DNA of 64,000 nt, from the sequence record PQ843332.1, one strand, 5' to 3'. Every line of letters begins with the position of its first letter. Position 1 is the first letter of the stretch. Positions 52,053 to 63,395 of this stretch are shown here, piece by piece. The notes under the pieces were generated by a model, which saw only the letters and a program-made list of their open reading frames with translations, was not told where the DNA came from and did no database searches. The position numbers were made by a program, and so were the translations under genes. This DNA comes from Escherichia phage P-GXEC-L2P5.

Positions 52053-52644
52053 TTAATCTTCCAGTTCGAAATAAGTTTCGACGATTTCTTTTAGCTCTTT
52101 GTGGAAGTCTTCGACGTCGTCATCTTCCAGCTTAGCGATTGATTTGATCTCGAACGATTCCAGAAGGTCGTCGAATTCGTCGTTCGCATCGTCGTCATCG
52201 CCACCGGCGATAATCGCGGCATACTGTTTGATTTCGTCGCGCATCTCCGCCAGCGGATCGGCATCTTTCTTACCTTTGCCTTTCGCCGGTGCTTTCTTAG
52301 ACTTAGCCGGTTTTTCGTCTTCGGCATCGGCATCGTCGTCGTCATCTTCTACGACTTCTTTTTTGGCCTTACCTTTCGCCGGTGCTTTTTTGGTTTTCGC
52401 CGGTGCTTCGTCTTCAGCGTCGTCATCTTCTACGACTTCTTTTTTTTACCTTTCGCCGGTGCTTTTTTGGTTTTCGCCGGGGCTTCGTCTTCAGCGTCGT
52501 CATCTTCTACGACTTCTTTTTTGGCCTTAGACGGCTTCTTGTCTTCCTGTTTACCAACGGCAGCGCCAACGGTTTCATAATGCTTAGCGATGATTTCCAG
52601 TGCTACTACGCCGCGAGTGATCAGGTTTACGATTTGCTCAAACA
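52053..52644 (-). CDS. unit 2: acidic/lysine-rich repeat protein; frame broken by duplication near 52370..52500
   Basis: ORFs 52053..52244 and 52430..52873 share the KPAKAKKAPAKGK repeats. Confidence 0.5.
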
Positions 52645-53123
52645 TGGTATATCTCCGATTGGTTAAGTTTAGGTGTCGACCATTAACTTCGTCGGTGGCC
52701 TTAACATAGTGCCAGGTTACGCGTTCTCCCTTTCGGGTAGTGGACCTGGTTATATAATCACGGTTGGGAATCCTGACACTTCGATCCGGCCCCTGCGTTG
52801 CCCCTCTCCAGTTTGCGTCCTGCATCCTGTCGACGAGGTGAATATTAGATTGGTTGCAGAAGGGAGTCAACAACTAATTTCAAAAAAAAAGCGCCGAAGC
52901 AAAATGCGACGGCGCTAACCAATAAGAGACAATGAGACGGGAGTATTATTACACGCGTGCGCGCCCGTTTCAATATTCCAAAGGAGTTGACACCACCAAT
53001 AAGAGACAATGAGACGGGAGTATTATTACACGCGTGCGCGCCCGTTTCAATATCCCAAAGGAGTTGACACCCTGCGGTTTTAGGTGTAGTTTCATTGGTC
53101 ATTAACCAACCGGAGACAGAATA

Positions 53124-53453
53124 ATGAATATCAACGACGCAATCGAAATGCTAACGAAGACTGTCTGCAGTGAGACTAGCCGGTCCTGGGCGTATACCGA
53201 TGCCGTGGGGGCGGTGCTATTTGAAATCGAACGTCTGCGACTTACCGAAAAAGAATTGCGCGCCAGGCTGGAATTACTCAACGGTACGGCAGCCAGCAAG
53301 CTGCAAAAGCACAATGAAGAAATGGAAGAATACAAAAAACAGGTTATCCGTCTACGTGAGGAAGGTAAATCCTGGGCTATGATCGCCGAGCTAACCGGAA
53401 TCAACCAGAGCACCGTGCGCTCCTGGGTACGCAATAATAAAACTTCGAAGTAA
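53124..53453 (+). CDS. unit 2: HTH regulator (diverged N-terminus, conserved C-terminal HTH)
   Basis: 109-aa ORF homologous to 3430..3759. Confidence 0.6.
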   Translation: MNINDAIEMLTKTVCSETSRSWAYTDAVGAVLFEIERLRLTEKELRARLELLNGTAASKLQKHNEEMEEYKKQVIRLREEGKSWAMIAELTGINQSTVRSWVRNNKTSK

Positions 53454-53463
53454 GGCAACGGCA

Positions 53464-55959
53464 ATGAGCTTAATTAAATTCGCTGTAACACGACCCGCTA
53501 AAAAAGGCGAAAAAGCCAGGGCGGAAAACTTCCAGATGACCACCGATGAATTTTTCGAATTTATCAATGATGCGAAAGAAATCGCGAAAAAGCCAGGGCG
53601 GAAAACTTCCAGATGACCACCGATGAATTTTTCGAATTTATCAATGACGCGAAAGAAATATCATCGGTGCATATCAACAAGACCGAGGATAAAGCGGAGT
53701 ATGCGCGCCGCAAGCGTAAGGCCGATGGCATCGTAGCGTATACCAGTGACGGCTTACGCCGCAAGACCAGCGCGGTGGACCGCTCGATCCTGTTCTTTGA
53801 TATTGACCGCACCGACACTCGCACCTTACGCCGCTGCCGTAAGGCGTTCATTGACGCGGGTCTGGAACACGTATTCCACACAACCACCGGCGACCGCCAC
53901 CCGCTTAAAGGCGGCACGCGTTGCGCTCGCTTCCTGGTACTCACTGATAAGCCGGTCCCGGCTGAAGACCTGGGCCGTGTCCAGTATGCGCTATTACATC
54001 AACTTGGTCTGTCGGATGTGGACTTCGACGATTGCACGAAAGACACAAACCGCCTGATGTACCTGCCGCACCAGCAATCGGTTATTAAGTGCCACTACGG
54101 CAAACGTGCCCGCGTCCGTCGTCTGCTTCGCCTGGCGGATACGCTTGGCGTGGAGAAGGAAGAAGTACGCCGCGAGCTTACCCAGGGCGACGACGCAGTG
54201 GCGGACGGGATTCTGGACTGGTGCTTCCAGGCAGGATTCGAGGAGTTATCTTCCGGTCGCGGTTATGAAGTGCCGTGCCCGAACGAACATCTGCACAGCG
54301 GCGAAGGGTCGACGGCTATCATGGTCAAGGATGGCGAGATCCGTTTCAAGTGTATGCACACCGGCAACGAGTGTTGCTCTGAGCTGAACAGACACCAGCA
54401 CCTGGCGCTACGTCTTATCGGGATACCGGACCACCTGAACGTCGAGCCGCACAACATGTCACGTAAGCAAATCGCCGCCATCCTCCCAGGGCTGGACGAC
54501 GAGGAAGTCGAATCCTTATATGAACATATTGTTGATGCGGTTGGCGACGGCGAAGAATACGGCGTGTGCACCGATGCGGATCTGGATAACGAGCCGGTCG
54601 CACTGTTGTTGATGCAGTTGGCGACGGCGAAGAATACGGCGTGTGCACCGATGCGGATCTGGATAACGAGCCGGTCGCACTATTCAGTAAGCACGACCCG
54701 ATCATCGAAGGCCTGGTCAACTTCAAATCGACCTGGTACATGGCTGGCGAGTCGAACATCGGTAAATCGTTCTACGTGCTGGGCCAAATGGGCGCGGTTG
54801 CCGCGGGGATTCCGTTCGGCGGTGCGAAGGTCGTCCAGTCTCATTGCTTCTATTTCGACGCGGAAGGTGGCGAAGCCTCCAACCAGCGTAAGGAAGCATT
54901 GCAGATCAAATATGAGCACGACCTGGACAAGCTGCACATTATTGACCTGCAATCACGCGGCTGGGATATCACCAGCAAATCAGGCTTGCGTGAAGTTATC
55001 AGCTTCATCAACCGCACCGCTAACGGCGAGCCGGTTGGCCTGGTGGCGTTCGACTCACTCAACCAGACTGTTGCGCTGCGGTCCGCCGATGCAAAACCGT
55101 TCGACGAGAACAACGCCAGCGATATGGGCGAAGTGGTCAAAGCGCTGAAGGCCATTGCGGAAAATACAGGCGGCAGTGCGGGCGTCATCCACCACCCGGC
55201 GAAAGGTGCAAACGGCCGCAGATCTCCCCGTGGGTCCGGCGCGCTGCATGGTGCTGTCGATTCTGCGTTCTTCCTGGAGCAACCGGACGACAACCAGCCA
55301 GGTCAATTGAACCTGTATCACGAAAAGGCACGTAACGGCATCAAGCAAGCGCCGCGCGGCTTCGTCCTGCTCAAGTGCAAGGTTAAGGTGGATCTCCGCA
55401 AGTCCGAAGCGTTCGAAGCCCACCAGTCCACCAGCACCGGGCCAGACTTCGGCGATGTGGTTGCCGGTTGGGACGTCAAACCAATTGCGTCCACCCCGCG
55501 CGACGAGACTCTATACCTCGTACCGGTAGCCCTGGCACCGTTCGCGATAGAACAGGCGAAGGCGGCGGGCAAAGCCGCAGTTAAGGAAGAGAACACCGCC
55601 GGTCCGCGCAACGAAAAAGAGAAAGTGCTTTATGCGGCCCTGGAAAAACTGATGGCAGATAACCCTGACCATACTGGATTCAGTAAATCGGCAATTGTAC
55701 GCCAGGCGGGACTCGCTAAGGGTGGCACTTCGACGAAGGCAATAGACGATATGGTCGAGCGCGGCGTGATTGGTTTCTATACAGATCCGCACACCGGGGC
55801 CATATATGGGTCGTCGAATTTAGTCATCAAATCTGATATCCCCTGATTGGTTTCTATACAGACCCGCACACCGGGGCCATATATGGGTCGTCGAATTTAG
55901 TCATCAAATCGGAGATCCCCATAACGCTTTCGGCGACCGATGACGACCTGAAAGACTAA
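53464..55959 (+). CDS. unit 2: DNA primase/helicase; frame broken by duplications
   Basis: ORFs 53613..55148 and 54641..55846 homologous to 3847..6111. Confidence 0.8.
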
Positions 55960-56030
55960 ATCCTATTTTGAGTGTTTTTAGCTGGTCGCATTGGTTGCCG
56001 TGCAGTATAAATATAGTGAATAGTTATGCA

Positions 56031-56210
56031 ATAAAACTGCATAAAGTAAGCGGGACAAAAAGCGGGACAAACTTGGGGCGGGACAAAGCGGGACAGCACC
56101 CCCGTCCCGCCCCGGATGACGCGGCCTGGAGAGGAGCGGGACAGGCGGGACAACTCCCAGTCTTTCAGACTAGACGGGGGTCAGCGGCCCCCCTCGTCTG
56201 AGACTGCATA
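56031..56210. repeat. unit 2: GCGGGACA iteron array plus GC-rich hairpin
   Basis: Same TGCATAAA / GCGGGACA / hairpin architecture as 6256..6428. Confidence 0.7.
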
Positions 56211-56422
56211 AAATCCGGGATTGCAAAATACACGGCAGCACATTGGAAATCGCGGTCGTCGATGAACTGGGCAACCAATGCGAGTTGCAGAATGTGGTGT
56301 GAAAAATGCAGTTTGCAGTCACAGCTGATAGCGATCAACTTTTTCATGCGCATGATTAATATTGGTTGCATTCATGCCAGCACCCTGCTAGATTGGTTGC
56401 ACACCAACATGAGGGCTGAACA

Positions 56423-56749
56423 ATGAAAGCGATTATCTGGAATTACGCAATGGCTATGGCGAAGGCACAAGAAGCGGCGGAGTTCGCCGGGGAGGGGGCG
56501 GAAGCAGTAGAGAGACTATCGGCAGCGTGGTCCGTTGTTCGCGTCACGCAGCAGGCCATCGCCTGTATGCTTGAGCGCCGCTTCGACACGATGGCGGAGA
56601 TCCAGCCGTTGGCGAACGCTATCCAGGACTACGCGCTTGCATTTGCCCGTGAACGCCTGGCGTATCGCTTCGGGATCGGAGAGACGGCAGTGACAAACGT
56701 TGCCCGGATTAAAGCCCAGCGTGAGCTATTCGCCCAGCTTGCGAAATAA
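56423..56749 (+). CDS. unit 2: hypothetical protein (homolog of 6646..6972)
   Basis: ORF, 108 aa. Confidence 0.55.
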   Translation: MKAIIWNYAMAMAKAQEAAEFAGEGAEAVERLSAAWSVVRVTQQAIACMLERRFDTMAEIQPLANAIQDYALAFARERLAYRFGIGETAVTNVARIKAQRELFAQLAK

Positions 56750-57024
56750 GAGGCCAAAATGACCCGTAGACGCGCAAAACAGCTTTCGTGGCATATCCCC
56801 CTGCATTGCATACGAATATGGGCTAAGAATGCGAATGCGGGGGACTCTGTGTACTGGTGCTATCGCGACGACGTTAAGCCGTTGACGCAGACTCGCTACT
56901 TGCACCAGTTCGCCGCGCAACATGATTTCTATGTGCGGACCTCCTTGCAACCAATGGGGATCCGTATTACATTACGCCGGAAGCCCGCAGTCGAGCGGGT
57001 AGGCAAACACTGGAGACTGAGCAA

Positions 57025-57567
57025 ATGAAATTACTATTCCGCCGAAAATCAGATGGCCGCATTCTTAAGCCAATACAGACCCTTGACACCCATGTGCGAC
57101 TTCACCACGCCGCAAGCGATCGTGTCTGGTGGGCGAATAAGGCAAAGCTGCCGGAGAAATACGAAATCCTCACGCATGATATTGAGCGCGGCGATGTGCT
57201 GCGTGATATTCGCGACGGGCAATTGTGGGTCGTTGAGCACACCAGCCAGCACGGCTTGCGTATGCAAACCCGCAAGGGCGGAGTAGTGGGTAACATACAG
57301 AGGGTTATGACGTACTTCGGGCTAATCCACTACGAGCGCGTGGGGCGCAAATACTGCCTGCGCAACCGCCAGCCTCATGAGCGCGCAACCTACGACTCCC
57401 ACCAGGTGCAAGCGAAGATGGGCCGCGCCGTACACCAAATCGTCAATCGCTTTGATGCCGTGACGAACGCACAACGCCATGCGCAGGAATACGGTGTTGG
57501 ATTCATCCAGGTGGAACGAGACGGCAGCATGAAAGCCATCGACCCGCGCTCGGTGATTCTGAAATGA
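57025..57567 (+). CDS. unit 2: hypothetical protein (homolog of 7537..8109)
   Basis: ORF, 180 aa. Confidence 0.55.
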   Translation: MKLLFRRKSDGRILKPIQTLDTHVRLHHAASDRVWWANKAKLPEKYEILTHDIERGDVLRDIRDGQLWVVEHTSQHGLRMQTRKGGVVGNIQRVMTYFGLIHYERVGRKYCLRNRQPHERATYDSHQVQAKMGRAVHQIVNRFDAVTNAQRHAQEYGVGFIQVERDGSMKAIDPRSVILK

Positions 57568-57710
57568 GTGCGACGATCCGTGATATGCTTCAGCACAACC
57601 GCTTTGAGATAGGCGGTCGGGTGTTTCGCAATTACTTCGTGGCGCGTGCATGGGCGCGCCATATTGGCAAACCGGAAGGGGCAATTCGATGCTATACGTC
57701 TTCGCGGTAG
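57564..57710 (+). CDS. unit 2: small hypothetical protein (homolog of 8106..8252)
   Basis: ATGA overlap conserved. Confidence 0.3.
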   Translation: MSATIRDMLQHNRFEIGGRVFRNYFVARAWARHIGKPEGAIRCYTSSR

Positions 57711-57774
57711 TATGTGGCGGTAGTCTGGCGGCCCTGGTGCTGTTGGCGTCGGTTATTAGTCTGGTTAAATACCT

Positions 57775-58074
57775 ATGGGGCAGATTATGATTCATGATGT
57801 GATTTATTGGTTTGGTATGGCCAGCATGTTATGCCTGGTTACGGGAGTGCTGGGCGCAATATGGGTATTCCTGGTATGGCCTGCGGTGGAAGCTGCCAGC
57901 ATTACCCGGATGACATTCGAGATCTACAAGCGCCGTGGAATAACGGAGCACCCGACCAGGCTTCGGATGTGGTGGCTGTGGTATCGGGATATGATAGGCG
58001 GTCGAACATTCGAAGCCGTCCGCTCATCCGGGTGGGAGTGGAAAGGCGTCGGCAAGTTGTCCGTTTTCGATTAA
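57775..58074 (+). CDS. unit 2: small membrane protein
   Basis: Identical in protein sequence to 8317..8616. Confidence 0.45.
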   Translation: MGQIMIHDVIYWFGMASMLCLVTGVLGAIWVFLVWPAVEAASITRMTFEIYKRRGITEHPTRLRMWWLWYRDMIGGRTFEAVRSSGWEWKGVGKLSVFD

Positions 58075-58203
58075 TTATGCAAGCGTGATATAGTCCCAGT
58101 GAGCTCGGGTGGGAGTGGAAAGGCGTCGGCAAGTGGTCCGTTTTCGATTAATTATGCAAGCGTGATATAGTCCCAGTGAGCTAAAACTTACTGGGACTTT
58201 TTT

Positions 58204-58494
58204 ATGGATAAGCTAAACGAGTGGCTATTCGCCCTGGCATGTCTGGCGGGTGGCTTCGTAGGCGCACGCATTCATGGTGAGGCTACGAAGGGGCCGCTAA
58301 ACTTCGTTTTGTATGTTGTAGTTGGCTTCCTGTGTGCCATATTTGGCGCACCGGCTATTGCCGAGTGGGCTGGTTTGTCGGGTGAGCGCACTGTCGCCGG
58401 TTTGGGCTTCGTAACTGCGATCTTCTGGATGCCAATCGCCGACCGGATCAGGGAGACTATTGCGTCGTTCCGACTTCCGGGGGGCGCAAAATGA
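58204..58494 (+). CDS. unit 2: holin-like membrane protein
   Basis: 96-aa ORF ending with ATGA overlap into the next gene. Confidence 0.5.
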   Translation: MDKLNEWLFALACLAGGFVGARIHGEATKGPLNFVLYVVVGFLCAIFGAPAIAEWAGLSGERTVAGLGFVTAIFWMPIADRIRETIASFRLPGGAK

Positions 58495-58736
58495 TTATCT
58501 CCGTCCTGTTGTTTGTTATCATCGGGGCTTCGTCCCTGTTTAACGTGTATGCGCCGTCCGTCCGGGATGGCATTTTCGGTCGGGTGCTGTATCTGTTAAC
58601 GGCAATGGTCTGTATTATCGGATTGTTGCAAACAGGAGACGTATCGGATACCACCTGGACCGCGTTAATCTGGCTGTTTGCATTGCGCACCCTGCGTAAT
58701 GCTGTTTTAAATGGGGTAAAACATGCGATTCAGTGA
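58491..58736 (+). CDS. unit 2: small membrane protein
   Basis: Homolog of 9032..9277. Confidence 0.5.
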   Translation: MIISVLLFVIIGASSLFNVYAPSVRDGIFGRVLYLLTAMVCIIGLLQTGDVSDTTWTALIWLFALRTLRNAVLNGVKHAIQ

Positions 58737-58799
58737 TAACGGTCTTCTGGCTGTTTGCATTGCGCACCCTGCGTAATGCTGTTTTGAATGGGGTAAAAC

Positions 58800-59445
58800 A
58801 TGCGATTCAGTGATAACGGTCTACGATTTACGGCAGCCTGGGAGGCTTTCAGCCCGGTGCCGTATTTCGCGACCAAGAAAGAGCAGGCCCGCGGCCTGTA
58901 CACCTGGGGCTATGGTCACAGGCTTTCAGCCCGGTGCCGTATTTCGCGACCAAGAAAGAGCAGGCCCGCGGCCTGTACACCTGGGGTTATGGTCATACCG
59001 GCACTAATCCGCCTCGAAGCATTACCCGCGAGGAAGCGCTGGCACTGCTCAAGCGCGATGTGGCGTATGCTGAGGACTGGGTTAACAAATACGCACATCC
59101 GAGCATTAACCAGGCGCAATTCGACGCGCTGGTGGACCTGGTAATCAACGCCGGTCCGGGTCCGATCGTACCGGATGACGTCGCGAATGATTTCGATGAT
59201 GCGGTGTGGTGGACCTGGTAATCAACGCCGGTCCTGGTCCGATCGTACCGGATGACGTCGCGAATGATTTCGATGATGCGGTACGGTTGGGCGACTGGGC
59301 GAAGGTCCGTGCTACGCTGCCGCAGTTCCGCAAGCAAGGCGGCGAAGTGCTTAAGGGTCTGGTACGCCGTGCAATCGGCAGACAGGCGTTGTTTGATGGT
59401 AAGCAGTGGGACGTTGCCGAACGAATCGGTCGTAACGCTGCATAA
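58800..59445 (+). CDS. unit 2: GH24 endolysin; frame broken by duplications
   Basis: ORFs 58934..59221 and 59206..59445 carry the GYGHTG and NQAQFDALVDLVINAG motifs. Confidence 0.75.
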
Positions 59446-59461
59446 TACGAGGTAACACAGT

Positions 59462-59629
59462 ATGTTAAAAAGTATTCTTGATCATAATGCGGACGCGCTT
59501 GCTGCACTGGCTAAAACCGAAGATCCGGGCGCTCGCGCTATCATCGCGGACTCTATAAACCACGCTGGGGTCTTCGATGCGAAGCTGCCTAGCCCACCAC
59601 CGCAGGAGGAATCTGGTCCTGCAGCGTAA
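59462..59629 (+). CDS. unit 2: small hypothetical protein (homolog of 9772..9939)
   Basis: ATG 59462; same proline-rich C-terminus. Confidence 0.3.
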   Translation: MLKSILDHNADALAALAKTEDPGARAIIADSINHAGVFDAKLPSPPPQEESGPAA

Positions 59630-59943
59630 ACAATCAAGCCCGGGGGGTCTTCGATGCGAAGCTGCCAAGCCCACCACCGCAGGAGGAATCTGGTCCTGCA
59701 GCGTAAACAATCAAGCCCGGAATTAACCGGGCTTTTTATTGCTTGACTTGCAACCAACATAGACTCTATACTGCGACCAATCAACGAGAGGAGTAATCAA
59801 GATGGCACGTAAAGATATTTGGGTATTAGCGATCTGGACCACCACGGCTTTTATCGACATGGTTATTTGCGAATTGATATAGCCCGCCGCCATACGGACC
59901 GTGGTATATTGTCCGCGGTCCACTAATCAGGAATTAATTAAAT

Positions 59944-61163
59944 ATGCACCCGCAAACTAAAATTACCGATGAGCAATTGATCGCAGAAATTCAGGAAGGG
60001 ACTACAGTTAAAGAGATTGCGAAGAAGTACGGCATCGCACTTCGAAATGTCTATATGCGCAAAGCCCGCCTGTCTAAAAAGGGGATTGGTCACGGCAATG
60101 ATGCAGTGATCCGTAAGCGCGTTGCCGATGGTTTTGGTGTTAAGCGCGTATCGGCCCTGGTACGCGGCAATGGCGAAGAGGTCATGTCGTGGGTCATCAC
60201 TGAGCAGGACAAAGAGCGCCAACTCGAAGCCATGCGCGCTGTTGCAATGGCGAAGAGGTCATGTCGTGGGTCATCACTGAGCAGGACAAGGAGCGCCAAC
60301 TCGAAGCCATGCGCGCTGTTGTCGAGGGTATGAACAGCGAAATCACACCGGCAGCGCCCGTAAACGCCACGCCAGTCCCGATTCAGGCGCTCGACTTGCT
60401 CAACCTGTACACAGTGTCCGACTTCCACCTGGGTATGCTGGCGTGGGGCGAGGAGACTGGCGAAGACTGGGATATGGCGATTGCTGAAGACCTGTTCTAC
60501 CGCTGGTTTGTCGAAGCCTTCGCCCGCGCACCGGACGCAGGAACTGCCGTTATCAATATCCTCGGGGATATGGCCCACTTTGATAGCCTTGATGCCGTCA
60601 CACCGGCAAGCGGTCACGTACTGGACGCCGACACACGATACCAGAAGTTGGTCCGCTATATGATTCGCATGGTGCGCAACGTGGTTGACCTGGCGCTGCA
60701 AAAACACCACAAAGTAAAACTGCTAATCGTCCAGGGTAATCATGACGAGTCGGGCATGATTTGGCTTGCTGAGATGTTCAATACCCTGTATGAGAACGAG
60801 CCGCGCGTCGATGTGGACACGTCCCCGGACGTCTACAAAATGGTGCAGCACGGTAAGACCACGCTATTTTTCCACCACGGGCACAAAGCGCGATTCGATG
60901 TTATCGAGCAGGTTATGATCGCTAAATTCAGACAGGCGTTCGGGGCGAGCGAATACAGCTACGCGCACGTAGGCCATTTGCACCACCAGAAGATTGTTGA
61001 ATCCCGCAACATGATTGTCGAACAGCACAGGACGCTCGCAGCGAAAGACGCCTACGCCAGTCGTGGCGGCTGGATGAGCGGTCGCAGCGCAAACGTCATC
61101 ACCTATAGCGCCAACTACGGAGAAGTAGCGCGCTTAACCATTAGCCCGGAAATGTTGAAGTAA
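59944..61163 (+). CDS. unit 2: HTH-metallophosphoesterase fusion; one duplication near 60170..60290
   Basis: ORFs 59944..60333 and 60261..61163 are contiguous when collapsed; all phosphoesterase motifs present. Confidence 0.7.
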
Positions 61164-61349
61164 CGGCGACCCGTAACCAGCCCAGCCTGCCGATTTGGTG
61201 GGCTTTTTTGTGCCTGTTATAATCCCCGTTAGATGGCAGGGCCGTCTCCTATGTTGCCGATGGCTGCCGATTTGGTGGGCTTTTTTGTGCCTGTTATAAT
61301 CCCCCTTAGATGGCAGGGCCGTCTCCTATGTTGCCGATGGTCGGCGCAT

Positions 61350-61922
61350 ATGAACAAAAGGGCATATATCATGGCAGAAATCAAAGTTAAGGGCCGACGC
61401 GCCAAACTGGACGGACGAGTAGCAGTTACCCCGCGCCGTAAACCAGGCGAGCAAACCGAGCATACCAATCTCGGACCTGAAATCGAGTACGGAAAGCGCC
61501 GTAAAGGCGGCAAATGTGGACGCCCTACGGACTACCGATCCGTTTACTGCGACCAGCTTCGCCGCTATTTTGCCGACGCCGACGCCTGGCAGGTCAACTA
61601 CTCCGATAAAGGCGCTGCGCAAGTAATCCCCCGCAACAAAATGCCAACCTTTGGTCGATTTGCCGCGGAAATCGGTGTGGGCGTAGCTTGCCTGTATCGC
61701 TGGGCGCGCGCACATGAGGAGTTCGCCGAGGCGATGGCGGATGCTATGGAGTTGCAGAAAACTTTCCTGATGGAAGCTGGTGGCGTAACCATCGCGGCGG
61801 GCTTCGCTACGTTCCTGCTTAAAGCAAACCACGGCGTCCGCGACGATGTACCGCTGGACGACGACGAAGATGATAACGGCGACGTCGTTGTGGAACCTAC
61901 CGGCAAAGGTCAGGGTGATTAA
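61350..61922 (+). CDS. unit 2: terminase small subunit
   Basis: Homolog of 11856..12428; N-terminal MNKRAYIMAEIK conserved. Confidence 0.65.
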   Translation: MNKRAYIMAEIKVKGRRAKLDGRVAVTPRRKPGEQTEHTNLGPEIEYGKRRKGGKCGRPTDYRSVYCDQLRRYFADADAWQVNYSDKGAAQVIPRNKMPTFGRFAAEIGVGVACLYRWARAHEEFAEAMADAMELQKTFLMEAGGVTIAAGFATFLLKANHGVRDDVPLDDDEDDNGDVVVEPTGKGQGD

Positions 61923-63384
61923 TGCGTAACTATGCGGCAGAACACCGCGCACTGGAACGCGCGATCGCAAAGCGCAACCGACCACCACGCCCCACACGCG
62001 TTGCGCAGGCTGTGCGTCTTTACCAGCCAGATTGCCTTCCTCACCAGGTTGAACTACTGCGCGACACGAAGACTAAAATCCTCGGCCTGTGTTCCGGCTT
62101 CGGCGGTGGCAAGTCATGGGTTGCCGCACGTAAGGTCATCCAGCTTCTGACACTTAACCCTGGTTATGACGGCATCGTGACCGAACCGACTATTCCACTC
62201 CTGGTCAAAATCATGTACCCGGAACTGGAGAAGGCATTCGACGAGGCTGGCTTACGGTGGAAGTTCAATAAGCAGGACAAGATCTACAACGTGCTGGTGA
62301 AAGGCAAATGGACTCGCGTTATCTGTGAGTCAATGGAGAACTATACCCGCCTGATCGGGGTCAACGCCGCGTGGATTGTTGCCGACGAGTTCGACACCAC
62401 GAAACAAGACGTCGCAATGGCGGCATACCACAAATTGCTCGGTCGTCTGCGTGCGGGCTTCGTCCGCCAGTTTGTCATCGTGTCCACGCCGGAAGGCTAC
62501 CGGGCGATGTATCAAATATTCGAGGTGGAGAAGGGTAGCCAGAAGCGCCTGATCCGGGCGAAGACCACGGACAACCACCATTTACCGGCAGACTTTATCG
62601 ACACGCTGCGCAGTCAGTACCCGGCTAACCTGATTGATGCGTACCTGAACGGCCTGTTTGTTAACCTTACGTCGGGCGCGGTGTACAAGATGTTCAACCG
62701 CGAGGAGAACGCCAGCACCGAAGAAGTGCAGCCGGACGACACGCTGATTATCGGTATGGACTTTAACGTCACGAAAATGGCGGCGGTTGTGTATGTCAGA
62801 CGGCAGCGCATCACCGAGAACAAGGAGTTCCGCGACGAGATCCACGCAGTGGATGAATTTGTGGACCTGTTTGACACCCCGGCTATGATTGAGGCGATCG
62901 AGGAGCGCTACCCGGAACATTGTGCCGCCGGTAGGGTCGTCGTTTACCCGGATAGCAGCGGCAAATCCCGCAAGACGGTCAACGCGTCGTCGTCCGATAT
63001 CGCACAACTGGAAGACGCGGGCTTCGAGGTGGAGTATGACAGCGTTAACCCGCCTGTGAAAGACCGATTGATCGCGATGAATACGATGATGTGCAACTCG
63101 AAGGGCGTGCGCCAGTATTTGTTAACCCGCCTGTGAAAGACCGATTGATTGCGATGAATACGATGATGTGCAACTCGAAGGGCGTGCGCCAGTATTTTGT
63201 CAACCTGGATAAATGCCCTACACTAGCGAAATGTCTGGAACAGCAGGTTTACGACCTGAAGAAAGGCGAGCCGGATAAAACCGCCGGGGTGGACCACATG
63301 AACGATGCCGCGGGCTACCCTATTGCGCACTTGTTCCCTGTGATTCGTCCGATCGCCGTTGTTCCAACTGTAGACTTCTACTAA
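61922..63384 (+). CDS. unit 2: terminase large subunit; frame broken by duplication near 63050..63180
   Basis: Walker A GFGGGKS, Walker B IVADEFD. Confidence 0.85.
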
Positions 63385-63395
63385 GGAAACCGACC